From the NCBI GenBank assembly GCA_026985095.1, contig JALSQW010000019.1, positions 6,785 through 70,784 on the forward strand: DNA of 64,000 nt, read 5' to 3'. Shown piece by piece: positions 9,349 to 19,332 of this stretch. Position numbers and translations under genes: made by a program. Source of the DNA: Acidimicrobiia bacterium. Its GTDB lineage: Bacteria > Actinomycetota > Acidimicrobiia > Spongiisociales > UBA5794. The stretch's first letter is position 1. Every line of letters starts with the position of its first letter. The notes below the pieces were generated by a model. The model was not told the DNA's origin and did no database searches. It saw nothing but the letters and a program-made list of their open reading frames with translations.

Positions 9349-10587
9349 ATGGACGACCGCACCTTCCGGGTCTCGGAGCTGGCGACGGCCATCGGTGTCG
9401 CGCTCGAGCGTGCCTTCCCCGAGCCGGTCTGGGTGCGGGGAGAGATCCGGAACCTGACCCGCGCCGCCTCCGGCCACGTCTACTTCTCCCTCGTCGATCC
9501 CGACGCCGACGCCCGGCTCGACGTCACCTTGTTCTCCGGCGACAAGGTGGCGGTGAACCGGCTCCTCGTCCGCACCGGAGCGGTGCGCATGGCCGACGGG
9601 GTCGAGATCCGCATCCGCGGGACCGTGACCCACTACGCGCGGCGAGGCTCGACGCAGCTGCGGATGACCTGGATCGACCCCGAGTTCACCCTCGGGAAGC
9701 TCGCCGCGGAGCGCGAACGCGCCATCGCCGCCCTGCGGAGCGCCGGACTGCTCGACCGTCAACGGCACCTCCACCTCCCCGCGGTTCCCCGGCGCGTCGC
9801 GCTCGTCACCAGCGCCGGGAGTGCCGCGCAGGCCGACTTCGTCCACGAGCTGCAGCGCTCGGGCTTCTCATGGCAGGTGGCGCTCGTCGACTCACGGGTG
9901 CAGGGGCCCAACGCCGTGACCTCGCTCGTCGCCGCACTCGAGCAGGCACGGCGCTGGCGACCCGATGTGATCGCCCTGGTCCGAGGCGGAGGAGCCCGCA
10001 GCGACCTGGCCGTGTTCGACGACATCGAGCTGGCCAAAGCCGTCGCCGAGCTCCCGATCCCGGTGATCACCGGGATCGGCCACGAGATCGACACGTCGGT
10101 CGCGGATCTCGTCGCGCATCGGGCAGAGAAGACCCCCACAGCCTGCGCGGCGGCGCTCGTCACGGCCGTCACCGAGTTCCTGCTGCGCCTCGACAGAGCC
10201 GAGCGAGCGCTCCGGACGGCGACCCGCCGGCGACTCGACGATCTCGACGGGACCATCGAACGAGCCGCGACGCGCCTGGCGGCCGCCAGCCGCCGACAGC
10301 TCGCCACAGCGACCGCATCTGTCGACGCTTTGGATCGGCGCACCCGGCTCGCCGCCCGCGGCAGGCTCCGGTCGGCCGCCATCGCGATCGACCATCTGGC
10401 GGCGCGGGTCGATGCCGCCGACCCGCGCCGGCTCCTCCAGCGAGGGTTCTCCATCACCCGCACCGCACAGGGCGAGCTGGTGCGTTCGGCCGACGTCGAC
10501 GTGGGCACCGACCTGCGGACGACCACCGCGGCCGGCACCATCCGCTCGATCGTCGATGAACCTCCCCCACACGAAGGAGCGCCATGA
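9349..10587 (+). CDS. xseA: Exodeoxyribonuclease VII large subunit
   Basis: VSELATAIGVALERAFPEPVWVRGEIRNLTRAASGHVYFSL matches the OB-fold N-terminus, followed by ALVTSAGSAAQADF...ITGIGHEIDTSVADLVA and a coiled-coil C-terminus. This is only the in-frame C-terminal part of the 917-aa track ORF. The 5' rest of that ORF is antisense to the malic enzyme gene. Confidence 0.85.
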   Translation: MDDRTFRVSELATAIGVALERAFPEPVWVRGEIRNLTRAASGHVYFSLVDPDADARLDVTLFSGDKVAVNRLLVRTGAVRMADGVEIRIRGTVTHYARRGSTQLRMTWIDPEFTLGKLAAERERAIAALRSAGLLDRQRHLHLPAVPRRVALVTSAGSAAQADFVHELQRSGFSWQVALVDSRVQGPNAVTSLVAALEQARRWRPDVIALVRGGGARSDLAVFDDIELAKAVAELPIPVITGIGHEIDTSVADLVAHRAEKTPTACAAALVTAVTEFLLRLDRAERALRTATRRRLDDLDGTIERAATRLAAASRRQLATATASVDALDRRTRLAARGRLRSAAIAIDHLAARVDAADPRRLLQRGFSITRTAQGELVRSADVDVGTDLRTTTAAGTIRSIVDEPPPHEGAP

Positions 10588-10826
10588 ACGACCACCCGGA
10601 AGGTTTCCAGGATGCCGTGGACCGTTTGGAGACCATCGTCGCCCGACTCGAATCCGACGACGCCGATCTCGATGTCATGGCCGCCGACGTAGCGGCGGCC
10701 AGCGAGCTCATCCGCTCGCTGCGAGCACGGATCACCGCGACCGAGATGCAGCTCGAAGAACTGCTCGGCACCCTCGACGCTCCCGCCGACGACGGCACGG
10801 ACGAGGACCACCCTCCGGTCGGGTAG
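10584..10826 (+). CDS. xseB: Exodeoxyribonuclease VII small subunit
   Basis: 80 aa. FQDAVDRLETIVARLESDDADLD is a typical XseB sequence. ATGA overlap with xseA. Confidence 0.85.
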   Translation: MNDHPEGFQDAVDRLETIVARLESDDADLDVMAADVAAASELIRSLRARITATEMQLEELLGTLDAPADDGTDEDHPPVG

Positions 10827-10835
10827 CGTTCGCCC

Positions 10836-12881
10836 GTGCACGACATGTGGCTGTGGATCCTCGACAGACTCCGATCCCGCGGCACCGCCGCGTTCTTGTT
10901 CGCGTCGGTCGTGCTCGGCGTCCTCGTCGGTCTGGGCGCGGCGACCCTCGTCGTCTCCATCGAGGCCGTGCGTCGAGGCGTCGAATGGTTCGACCGGGTG
11001 TCCCCGATCGACGGCGTCTGGGTCTTCCTCATCACCGTCCCGATCGGCATGCTCGTGTCGTGGCTCCTCGACCGGAAGTTCGGTCCCGGTGTCGCCGGCG
11101 GCGGCGTGACCGAGGTGATGATGGGGCTCACCGTCGAATCCGGATACATCCCCACACGACTGACCTTCTCCAAGATCGCAGCCACCGCCGCCACCCTCGG
11201 CACCGGCGGCTCGGGAGGTCGGGAGGGCCCGATCGTCCTGATCGGCGGCGCCATCGGATCGTCGTTCGCCCGCTACACCCGATTCGGCCAGGATCAGATC
11301 CGCAGCCTGGTGGCCGCCGGCGCCGGCGCCGGCATCGGCGCCAGCTTCAATGCCCCGATCGCCGGGATGCTGTTCGCCATGGAGGTCATCCTCCAACAGT
11401 TCGCCGTCCGCCACCTCAACGCCGTCGTCATCGTGTCGGTCGCCGCGTCCGTGACGGCCCAACAGCTCGTCGGCGACGAGCCCTTCCTCCGGGCGCCTCC
11501 GCACCGCCTCGAGGATCCTCGTCAGCTCCTGCTGTTCGCCCTGCTCGGGCTCCTCGCCGTCGCCTTCGGCTATCTGTTCCTGCGGGTCCTGCACTACACC
11601 GAAACCAGCCGTCTCCCACCGCGGTTCCCGGCGCTGGCTCGCCCGCTCCTCGCCGGCGTCGTCGTTGCCGCCATCGGGCTCGGGTACGACCAGACCCTCG
11701 GCACGAGCCAGGACTTCCTCGCCGGCCTGCTCCGGCTCGAGAAGCCCGGCGACCTGGTCTGGTGGGCGTTGTTCGTCATCGCCGCCGCCAAAGCGGTGTC
11801 GGCGGCCATCACCCACGCCAGCGGCGGCAGCGTCGGGTCCTTCATGCCGTCGATGGTCGTCGGCGGTGCGATGGGGGCCGGGTTCGCCCAGGCCGTGCAG
11901 CCCTTCTGGCACCTGTCGGAGATCAACGTCGGGGCGTTCGCCGTCGTCGGCATGGCCGCCACCTTGGCGGTCGTCGCCCGCGCCCCGCTGACCTCCATCC
12001 TGCTCGTCTTCGAGATCACGAACAACTACGAGCTCGTCCTCCCCCTCATGCTGGCCGCCGTCGCCGCCACGGTCCTGGCCGACCGGGTCCATCCCGACAA
12101 CGCCTATCAGATGTCGCTGAAGGACCGCGGTGTTCATCTCCCCAAGAGCGAGGACATCGACCTCCTCGACACCGTGTTGGTCGAAGACGTCATGTCGCAG
12201 GTCCCGGCGGTGCCACCCTCAATGACCCTCGCAGAGCTCGCCAAGGTCCTCGAAGAGGGACACCACCATGGGCTCCCCGTCGTCGACGGCGGCAAGCTCG
12301 TCGGCATCGTGACCCTGACCGACATCGAACGGTTCGGCGGGCCGCGGAAGGACACCACGGTCGGTCAGGCGATGACCCCCAAGCCGATCACGGTCACCCC
12401 ATCGATGCCGGTGTCGTCGGCATTGGCTCGCATGGCCGCCCTCGGCATCGGAAGGATGCCGGTCGTCGATGAACACGATCCGAACAGGCTGCTCGGCATG
12501 TTCCGACGCGAATCGGTGGTGAAGGCGTACCACCACGCGCTCGGGACGACGACCGGACGAGAGCTGTACCGGGAACGGGTCCGTCTCCGACGCCAACCCG
12601 GAACCACCTTCTTCGAGATCCCCATCCTGCGCAACTCACCGCTGGCCGGACGAGCCGTCCGCGACCTCCGATGGCCCGAAGGCGCCACCTTGGTGTCGGT
12701 CCGCCGCGGCTCGTCGGTCATCATCCCCCATGGCAGCACGATGCTGCATGTCGGCGACGTCCTGACCCTGTTCGGCACCGGCGAGGCGCGCGAACAGATC
12801 GCGGCGCTGATGGAACCCACGGCCGATCGCACCGGGGAGTGGTTCCTCGGGAACGAAGGCACCGGCGGCGAACGTCCCTGA
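10836..12881 (+). CDS. ClC-family voltage-gated chloride channel/transporter with C-terminal CBS pair and TrkA-C-like domain
   Basis: GSGGREGPIV and GASFNAPIAGMLFAMEV are ClC selectivity motifs. The C-terminal half has two CBS motifs and a regulatory domain. Confidence 0.9.
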   Translation: MHDMWLWILDRLRSRGTAAFLFASVVLGVLVGLGAATLVVSIEAVRRGVEWFDRVSPIDGVWVFLITVPIGMLVSWLLDRKFGPGVAGGGVTEVMMGLTVESGYIPTRLTFSKIAATAATLGTGGSGGREGPIVLIGGAIGSSFARYTRFGQDQIRSLVAAGAGAGIGASFNAPIAGMLFAMEVILQQFAVRHLNAVVIVSVAASVTAQQLVGDEPFLRAPPHRLEDPRQLLLFALLGLLAVAFGYLFLRVLHYTETSRLPPRFPALARPLLAGVVVAAIGLGYDQTLGTSQDFLAGLLRLEKPGDLVWWALFVIAAAKAVSAAITHASGGSVGSFMPSMVVGGAMGAGFAQAVQPFWHLSEINVGAFAVVGMAATLAVVARAPLTSILLVFEITNNYELVLPLMLAAVAATVLADRVHPDNAYQMSLKDRGVHLPKSEDIDLLDTVLVEDVMSQVPAVPPSMTLAELAKVLEEGHHHGLPVVDGGKLVGIVTLTDIERFGGPRKDTTVGQAMTPKPITVTPSMPVSSALARMAALGIGRMPVVDEHDPNRLLGMFRRESVVKAYHHALGTTTGRELYRERVRLRRQPGTTFFEIPILRNSPLAGRAVRDLRWPEGATLVSVRRGSSVIIPHGSTMLHVGDVLTLFGTGEAREQIAALMEPTADRTGEWFLGNEGTGGERP

Positions 12882-12906
12882 GACGTCCCCCTCCGCAGGG
12901 TTCGGG

Positions 12907-14136
12907 TCAGTCGGCGTCTCCAGCGATACGGGCCAGCGCCGACACCACCCGATCGACCTCGCCGAGCGTCGAGTAGTTGACGAAACCGATCCGTACCAGC
13001 CCGTCGTCGGCCTTGCCGAGCCGACGCATCACCTCCACCGCGTAGTAGTCCCCCGCCCACACGAAGATCCCCTCGGCGCCCAGCACCTCGGCCACCCGGC
13101 CGGGAGCGACGCCGGCCACCTCGACCGCGAACGTCGGGGTCCTCACCGCCATGTCGGGTTCGGGAACCCCGTGACAGGTCACGCCGTCGATCGAGGCGAT
13201 GCCCTCGAGGAAGCGGGCCGCGAGCCGCTCCTCGTGACGGGCCGTGCGCACGAAGGCGTCGTCGAGGCGGCTCCGGCGGTCCCCGCCGGCGCCGAGCGAG
13301 GCCAGATGATCGACGGCGGCAGCGACGCCCGCCATGGCCTCGAAGGAAGCGGTCCCCGTCTCCCACCGCTCCGGCGGCTCGTCCGGCGCAGGTCGGACCT
13401 TGTAGGCGGGGAGTTCGGCCAGCAGCTCGGCTCGGCCGAAGAGACAGCCGGCATGCGGCCCGAAGAACTTGTACGGAGACACGGCCAGCAGGTCGCAGCC
13501 GATGCCGGCCACGTCGATCCGTCGGTGAGGCGCCGCATGGACGGCATCGACGAAGACGACGGCGCCGACGCGGTGACCGATCTCGGTCACCGTCGCGACG
13601 TCCACGACGGTCCCGAGCGCGTTCGATGCGTGGGTGACGGCGATCAGCCGGGTGCGGTCGTCGACGGTCGCCGACAGCTCGGCCAGGTCCAGCTGCGTGG
13701 TCTCGAGATCGAACCCGACGAAACGGACCTCGACCCCGGCGTCGCGAGCGGCCAGCATCCACGGCGACACGTTGGCGTCGTGATCGAGGCGGGTGAGCAC
13801 GATGTTGTCCCCCGACGTCCATGTCCGCCCCATCGCCCTGCTCATCGCGAAGGTGAGGGTCGTCATGTTGGGCCCGAACACGACCTCGTCGGGGCGGCAC
13901 CCGAGCAGGTCGGCCATCGCCTGGCGGGCGGCCGCGACGGTCTGCTCGCTGTCGATGCTCGCCGCGAACCGGCCGTGGACGTTCGACGCACCGCGACGCA
14001 TCGGTCCCGTCATCGCCTCGATGACCGTCGCAGGGACCTGCGTCCCTCCCGGCCCGTCCAGATAGGCCACCGGCCGGTCCCCGACGGTCCTGGACAGGGC
14101 AGGGAAGCCGCGACGCACGGCCTCGACGTCGAACAT
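12907..14136 (-). CDS. Class V aminotransferase-fold PLP enzyme, cysteine desulfurase/selenocysteine lyase family
   Basis: AYLDGPGGTQVPATVIEAM...VDAVHAAPH...SPYKFFGPHAGCLFGR matches the cysteine desulfurase (SufS/Csd) family. I used the internal ATG at 14136, which sits behind a GAGGAG Shine-Dalgarno. Confidence 0.8.
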   Translation of the reverse strand: MFDVEAVRRGFPALSRTVGDRPVAYLDGPGGTQVPATVIEAMTGPMRRGASNVHGRFAASIDSEQTVAAARQAMADLLGCRPDEVVFGPNMTTLTFAMSRAMGRTWTSGDNIVLTRLDHDANVSPWMLAARDAGVEVRFVGFDLETTQLDLAELSATVDDRTRLIAVTHASNALGTVVDVATVTEIGHRVGAVVFVDAVHAAPHRRIDVAGIGCDLLAVSPYKFFGPHAGCLFGRAELLAELPAYKVRPAPDEPPERWETGTASFEAMAGVAAAVDHLASLGAGGDRRSRLDDAFVRTARHEERLAARFLEGIASIDGVTCHGVPEPDMAVRTPTFAVEVAGVAPGRVAEVLGAEGIFVWAGDYYAVEVMRRLGKADDGLVRIGFVNYSTLGEVDRVVSALARIAGDAD

Positions 14137-14208
14137 CTCGGTCTCCTCGCTCGGGCGGCGCAGGGTACCGGGCTTTGCGCGGCCCCCGCGAACCGATACA
14201 TTCGCGCC

Positions 14209-15648
14209 ATGGATCGACATCGCACGGTCACCCCGGTGGTGCTCTCTGGAGGGTTCGGCACCCGACTGTGGCCCGCCTCACGGCGGCACCACCCCAAGCA
14301 ACTCCTCCCGCTCGTCGACGACCGGACCATGTTCCGCTCGACGATCGAACGCGTCTCCGGCCCGATGTTCGACCCACCGGTGGTCGTCTGCAACGACGAC
14401 CACCGCCTCGGCATCCAACGCGAGCTCCGCCGCGCCGGCATCGACGACGGACGGCTCATCCTGGAGCCCGTCGGGCGGAACACGGCGCCCGCCGCCGCGG
14501 CCGCCGCCGTCGACGCCCTCTGCCGCGGCGACGACCCGCTCCTGCTGATCCTCCCCGCCGACCACGTCATCGGCGACCTCGACGCCTTCCTCGACGCCGT
14601 CGAGGTGGCCGCCGACCTGGCGACACGGGGTCTGCTCATGACCTTCGGGGCCTCCCCGACCTACCCGGAGACCGGGTACGGGTACATCCGTTTCGGTGAG
14701 CCCGTCGGCGACGGACCGGCTCGCCGGGTCCTCGCCTTCAAGGAGAAGCCGGACCGGGAGACCGCCGAGCGGTACCTGGCGGAAGGTTCGTACCTGTGGA
14801 ACTCCGGCATGTTCGTCTTCCGCTCCTCGACGTACCTCGAGGAGCTCGAGCGGTTCCAGCCCGAGATCGTGACCGCGGTCCGCCGATCGCTCGACCTCGG
14901 ATCGCACCGCGACGTCGGACTCGAGCTCGAACCCGACGCCTTCGCCGCGTCTCCGTCGATCTCGATCGACTACGCCGTCATGGAACACACCGACCGAGCC
15001 GGCGTCGTACCGCTGGTCGCCGGATGGAGCGACGTCGGCTCCTGGTCCGCCCTGTGGGACCTCGAAGCACGCGACGACGATGGCAACGTCCTGGTCGGCG
15101 ACGTCGAGGCCCTCGACACGACCAACAGCTACATCCGGGCCGGAAGCCGCCTCGTGGCGACCGTCGGAGTCGAAGACGCGATCATCGTCGACACACCCGA
15201 CGCCCTGCTGGTGACGACCCGCGACCACGCCCAGGACGTCAAGACGCTGGTCGACCGCCTGACCGACGCCAAACGTTCCGAGGTCGAGACCGATGGTAGC
15301 GAGGACCGCCCGTGGGGCCGTTTCGTGACCCTGAAGAAGGGGCCCGGGTTCCGGGTCCTCCGGATGTGGCTCGATCCGGGCGGCAAGACATCGCTTCAGA
15401 CCCACGAGCATCGATCCGAATACTGGATCGTGGTGCGCGGCGTGGCGCGTGTCCGTACCGGGGACACGACCCGCCTGGTGCCGGCCCGGGAGTCCGTGTT
15501 CATCCCCGCCGGGGAGATCCACCGGCTGGAGAACCCGGAGGACGACGAGATGCTCGAGGTGATCGAAGTGGACGTGGGGACCTACGTCGGGGAGGACGAC
15601 ATCCGCCGCTTCGCCGACGTGTACGGACGCGGGGAGCGTCTGGGATGA
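14209..15648 (+). CDS. manC: Mannose-1-phosphate guanylyltransferase / mannose-6-phosphate isomerase (bifunctional, cupin C-terminus)
   Basis: N-terminal VVLSGGFGTRLWPASR nucleotidyltransferase motif, a cupin domain at the C-terminus (VIEVDVGTYVGEDDIRRF) and the SGMFVF motif. Only the C-terminal 479 aa of the 825-aa track ORF is used. Confidence 0.85.
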   Translation: MDRHRTVTPVVLSGGFGTRLWPASRRHHPKQLLPLVDDRTMFRSTIERVSGPMFDPPVVVCNDDHRLGIQRELRRAGIDDGRLILEPVGRNTAPAAAAAAVDALCRGDDPLLLILPADHVIGDLDAFLDAVEVAADLATRGLLMTFGASPTYPETGYGYIRFGEPVGDGPARRVLAFKEKPDRETAERYLAEGSYLWNSGMFVFRSSTYLEELERFQPEIVTAVRRSLDLGSHRDVGLELEPDAFAASPSISIDYAVMEHTDRAGVVPLVAGWSDVGSWSALWDLEARDDDGNVLVGDVEALDTTNSYIRAGSRLVATVGVEDAIIVDTPDALLVTTRDHAQDVKTLVDRLTDAKRSEVETDGSEDRPWGRFVTLKKGPGFRVLRMWLDPGGKTSLQTHEHRSEYWIVVRGVARVRTGDTTRLVPARESVFIPAGEIHRLENPEDDEMLEVIEVDVGTYVGEDDIRRFADVYGRGERLG

Positions 15649-16046
15649 CGACCGCCGTCGTGTTGATCATCCTCGCGTTCTTCGTGGTCCTGTTCGTCAT
15701 CAGTCGAGGCATGTCGCGGCGCAAGGAAGCCGCCAAACAGGACCTCCAGAAGGAACTGGAACGCATCAAGGAACGCGACATCATGGAGCTCGTCAAAGAG
15801 GAGGCGGCCGCCACGGGTGCCGACCGCATCCCCGGCGCCGAGCACGTCGACATCGTCGTCCGGCTCAAGGTCTTCCACCGCGACGCGGCGGTGAGGGAGG
15901 CATGCCCGGACCTCGACCGCCTCCGGTTCGTCGTCGCCGACGACGCACCCGGCGAGCCCGACGTGGAGCACGTCAGGTTGACGTTCGATCAGGAGGCGCC
16001 CGGATCGGCTTCGGGGACCTCCGGCGACGACCCCGACGCCAACTGA
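15645..16046 (+). CDS. Hypothetical small membrane-anchored protein (N-terminal TM helix, then a charged coiled-coil segment)
   Basis: ATGA coupling to the manC stop. MTTAVVLIILAFFVVLFVISRG is the TM helix. The 3' end overlaps the convergent ptrB gene by about 57 bp, so the C-terminus is doubtful. Confidence 0.45.
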   Translation: MTTAVVLIILAFFVVLFVISRGMSRRKEAAKQDLQKELERIKERDIMELVKEEAAATGADRIPGAEHVDIVVRLKVFHRDAAVREACPDLDRLRFVVADDAPGEPDVEHVRLTFDQEAPGSASGTSGDDPDAN

Positions 16047-18061
16047 TCGAGCATGAACGCCAACACGAACGCCTCGTCCTCCCACATCTCGTAGCGTCCC
16101 GAGCGGGCGAAATGGCCCGCGCCCATCTCCATCTTCAGCACGATGGGTCGCTTCCCCGTCGTCCGGTCACGGAGTCGAGCGACCCACTTGGCCGGTTCCC
16201 AGTAGCCGACCCTCGGATCGTTGAGGCCACCGGTGGCCAGGATCGCCGGGTGCTCGACGGCCGCCACGTTCTCGTACGGCGCGTACGCCGCCATCCATGC
16301 GTACTGCTCGGGGATCGACGGATCGCCCCATTCCTCCCATTCGACGATCGTCAGCGGCAGGCTCTCGTCGAGCATGGTGTTGATCACGTCGACGAACGGC
16401 ACCTCGGCCACGACGACCCGGAACATCGACGGGGCCAGGTTCACGACGGCCCCCATCGTCAAACCCCCGGCGCTGGCCCCACGCGCACCCACCCGATCTC
16501 GGGCCCCGTATCCGGACCCGACGAGATGCTCGGTGACCGCGACGAGATCCGTGAAGGTGTTCATCTTGTCGGCCATCCGTCCCCGACGGTGCCATCGTTT
16601 GCCCATCTCCCCACCGCCTCGAACGTGGGCGATGGCGTACACGACCCCGCGGTCGAGGAGGCTCAGCCGCGGGATCGAGAACCTCGGTGGGATGGAGATC
16701 CCGTAGGCGCCGTAGGCGTAGACGACCAGCGCCGCCGTGCCGTCGAGCGGGGTGTCGACGTGATGGACGACGCTGATGGGGATGCGACTCCCGTCGGGAG
16801 CGTCGGCCCACTCTCGGACCGCTCGATAGGACCCCAGATCCACGCCACCGAGAACCGGCGTGCGCTTCAGCAAGGTGCGTTCCCCCGTCACGACGTCCAC
16901 GTCGTAGACCGACGGCGGGATCACCGGCGATTCGAAGCCGACACGAACGACATCGGTGTCGAACTCGAGGTTGCGGCCGGGATCGAGCTGATACACCTCC
17001 TCGTCGAAGACCAGCGCCCGCGGCGGAACACCGTCGCGGACCACGAAGGCGGCAGACCGTCCGTCCTGACGTCCCCACACCATCACATGACCGGCGAAAC
17101 AGTCGGGAGCGACGAGGCGGCGCCCTTCGACGTGAGCCATCACCTCCACCGGTTCGCCGCCGTTCACCGGAACACGAACCAGCCGGCCGTCGAGGGCGTC
17201 GTGTTCGGTCACGATCCAGAACTCGTCGCCGCGGTGATCGACGCGGTACTCGATCCCGTCGACCCGTCCCGCCACCGAGCGCGGCTCGGCCGCCGGATCG
17301 TCGGCGTCGACGGCGAGCACCTCACTGGTCGTCGCCGATCCCGCCGCGATGAGCACATAGCCGCCGCTCCTCGTCCTCGACACGTCGAGGGAGAACCGCT
17401 CGTCGTCCTCTTGGTACACCAGCACGTCGCCACCGGGGTCGGTGCCCAGCCGATGCCGCCATACCTGCCACGGACGCATCGCGGCGTCGGGAACGGTGTA
17501 GAACAGATGCCGCCCGTCGCTGCTCCACGCGGCGGAGGAGGAGGCGAGAGGAACCTCGTCGGGAAGATCGCCGTCGCTTCCGGCCTCCCGGAACCGCACG
17601 ACGAAACGTTCCGACCCGTCGACGTCGACCGCGTAGGCGACGACCGCGTCGGTGGGATCCACCAGCAGATAGCCGAGACGGAAGTAGGCGTGCCCCGCCG
17701 CGGCCGCGTTCTCGTCGAGAAGGACCTGCTCGGGGCCGTCGGGCCCACCTTCCCGGCGGATCCAGATCCGGTACCCCTTGCCCTCCTCGGTCCGCGTCGC
17801 GTACCACCAGTCTCCCCGCCGAGCCGGAACCGACAGGTCCGTCTCGAGGGTGCGGGCCTCGAACTCGTCGTAGAGCTCCCGGCGGAGACCGGCCAGCTGC
17901 CCCGTCACGGCCGACGTGTAGCGGTTCTCCCGTTCGAGGTGCTCGAGGACGCCAGGGTCCTCCCGGTCCTTCATCCAGGCGTACTCGTCGACGACGGTGA
18001 CCCCGTGCAGGGTGCGCTCGACCGGTCTGCGGGCAGGGGTGGGGGCGTTCATCGCGACCAC
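15989..18061 (-). CDS. ptrB: Oligopeptidase B (S9A prolyl oligopeptidase family)
   Basis: 690 aa. N-terminal beta-propeller region and C-terminal catalytic domain with a GASAGGL serine motif. WWYATRTEEGKGY is typical of oligopeptidase B. Confidence 0.9.
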   Translation of the reverse strand: MVAMNAPTPARRPVERTLHGVTVVDEYAWMKDREDPGVLEHLERENRYTSAVTGQLAGLRRELYDEFEARTLETDLSVPARRGDWWYATRTEEGKGYRIWIRREGGPDGPEQVLLDENAAAAGHAYFRLGYLLVDPTDAVVAYAVDVDGSERFVVRFREAGSDGDLPDEVPLASSSAAWSSDGRHLFYTVPDAAMRPWQVWRHRLGTDPGGDVLVYQEDDERFSLDVSRTRSGGYVLIAAGSATTSEVLAVDADDPAAEPRSVAGRVDGIEYRVDHRGDEFWIVTEHDALDGRLVRVPVNGGEPVEVMAHVEGRRLVAPDCFAGHVMVWGRQDGRSAAFVVRDGVPPRALVFDEEVYQLDPGRNLEFDTDVVRVGFESPVIPPSVYDVDVVTGERTLLKRTPVLGGVDLGSYRAVREWADAPDGSRIPISVVHHVDTPLDGTAALVVYAYGAYGISIPPRFSIPRLSLLDRGVVYAIAHVRGGGEMGKRWHRRGRMADKMNTFTDLVAVTEHLVGSGYGARDRVGARGASAGGLTMGAVVNLAPSMFRVVVAEVPFVDVINTMLDESLPLTIVEWEEWGDPSIPEQYAWMAAYAPYENVAAVEHPAILATGGLNDPRVGYWEPAKWVARLRDRTTGKRPIVLKMEMGAGHFARSGRYEMWEDEAFVLAFMLDQLASGSSPEVPEADPGAS

Positions 18062-18096
18062 GCTACCGAGCCCGAGGAAGGTAGCGTGACCGCCGC

Positions 18097-18723
18097 ATGC
18101 CCGAGTTCGCCATCACCGCCGTCCTGTCGTTCCTCGTGATCATGGATCCGGTGGGCCTGGCGCCGTTGTTCATCTCGATCGCCGGCGACCGCGACCGTGC
18201 GCAGCGGCGCCGGATCGCCACCAGGGCGGTCCTCACCGCCGGCATCATCATCCTGACCTTCGGCGCCCTCGGGGCACCGCTGTTGGAGTACCTCGGTGTC
18301 ACCATCGACGCCCTCCGGATCGCCGGGGGGATCCTGTTGTTCAAGCTGGCGTTCGACATGATCCTCGCCCATCGGGTCCGTACCACCGCCGACGAGGTCG
18401 ACGAAGCCCACACCCGCACCGACGTCACGGTGTTCCCGTTGGCGATCCCGCTCCTGGCCGGGCCCGGTGCGTTCGCGACGATCCTCGTGCTGCTCGCCCA
18501 AGCCGCCGGCCGACCGGCGTACGTGGCGATCGTCTACGCCGGCGTCGTCGCGGTGCTGGTCGTCGCCTGGGTGATGCTCCGGATCGCCGACCGCGTGACC
18601 GACCGGCTCGGACACACCGGCATCAACGTCATCACCCGGGTCCTGGGGATCATCCTCGCCGCCCTCGCCGTGCAGCTCGTCGCAGACGGAGTGGTCGGCA
18701 TCTGGCGAGGATCAACCGCGTGA
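18097..18723 (+). CDS. marC: MarC-family integral membrane protein (UPF0056)
   Basis: 208 aa, six hydrophobic helices. The AITAVLSFLVIMDPVGLAPLFISI N-terminus is typical of MarC. Confidence 0.85.
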   Translation: MPEFAITAVLSFLVIMDPVGLAPLFISIAGDRDRAQRRRIATRAVLTAGIIILTFGALGAPLLEYLGVTIDALRIAGGILLFKLAFDMILAHRVRTTADEVDEAHTRTDVTVFPLAIPLLAGPGAFATILVLLAQAAGRPAYVAIVYAGVVAVLVVAWVMLRIADRVTDRLGHTGINVITRVLGIILAALAVQLVADGVVGIWRGSTA

Positions 18724-18742
18724 GACGGGTAGCCTCCAGCCG

Positions 18743-19282
18743 GTGGGGAAGATCATCGCCGTGTTCGGAGCGTCCCGGGTGGAACGGGACAGTGAGCTCT
18801 TCAAAGAGGGCGTCCTCTGCGGCCGCCTCCTTGCCGAGCGCGGCTACGCGGTGGCCACGGGAGGGTACGGCGGGTTGATGGAAGCCGTGTCGGCCGGTTG
18901 CCGGGACGCCGGGGGTGACGTCATCGGCGTGACCGCACCCAGCGTCTTCCCCGACCGGGACGGACCCAACGAGTGGGTCACCGAGGAGCGAAGGGCCAAC
19001 TCCCTGATCGAACGGATCCACGAGATGGTCGAGCTGTCCGCCGCCGCGATCGCTCTCCCCGGCAGCCTCGGCACCGCCACCGAACTCCTCGCCGCCTGGA
19101 ACCTGGCCTTCGTGGCGCGGTTCTCGGGTCTCCGACCCAAGCCGGTCGTCGCCGTCGGCCGAACCTGGGGGGCGGTCATCCCGGACCTCGCCGAGCGGCT
19201 CCGCACCGACGGGAGGCTCGTGACGCTCGTCGACGACGCGCGAGCGGCGGTCGACGAGATCGACCGCCGCCTCCAGACCTGA
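18743..19282 (+). CDS. LOG-family (TIGR00730) Rossmann-fold nucleotide-binding protein
   Basis: IAVFGASR...YAVATGGYGGLMEAVSAGCRDAGGDVIGVT...PGSLGTATEL matches the LOG/lysine-decarboxylase-like family. GTG start. Confidence 0.8.
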   Translation: MGKIIAVFGASRVERDSELFKEGVLCGRLLAERGYAVATGGYGGLMEAVSAGCRDAGGDVIGVTAPSVFPDRDGPNEWVTEERRANSLIERIHEMVELSAAAIALPGSLGTATELLAAWNLAFVARFSGLRPKPVVAVGRTWGAVIPDLAERLRTDGRLVTLVDDARAAVDEIDRRLQT

Positions 19283-19332
19283 TCGGCTTGGCCCGCAACA
19301 TCCCCGGCCCGAGCCCTCGACCCGGCCGCACC

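Noticed and set aside
7834-10587. 917-aa ORF read as a single gene
   Set aside because: Only the last 413 codons (from ATG 9349) encode XseA. The 5' 1.5 kb is antisense to the malic enzyme gene and has no family resemblance.
9759-12137. 792-aa minus-strand ORF (also 12365-13900, 14278-15522, 15902-18139, 18650-19882, 25158-26894, 28875-30647, 37248-39479, 40128-42299, 42828-44453, 49497-50879, 50563-52005)
   Set aside because: All lie antisense to well-supported genes, lack recognisable motifs and show Arg/Gly/Asp/Pro-rich compositions. They are treated as high-GC shadow frames.
15989-16046. 57-bp convergent overlap between the small membrane-protein gene and ptrB
   Set aside because: The small ORF has no family support. 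Its 3' end may be shorter, or the ORF may be spurious. It is retained at low confidence only because of its ATGA coupling to manC and its clean N-terminal TM helix.
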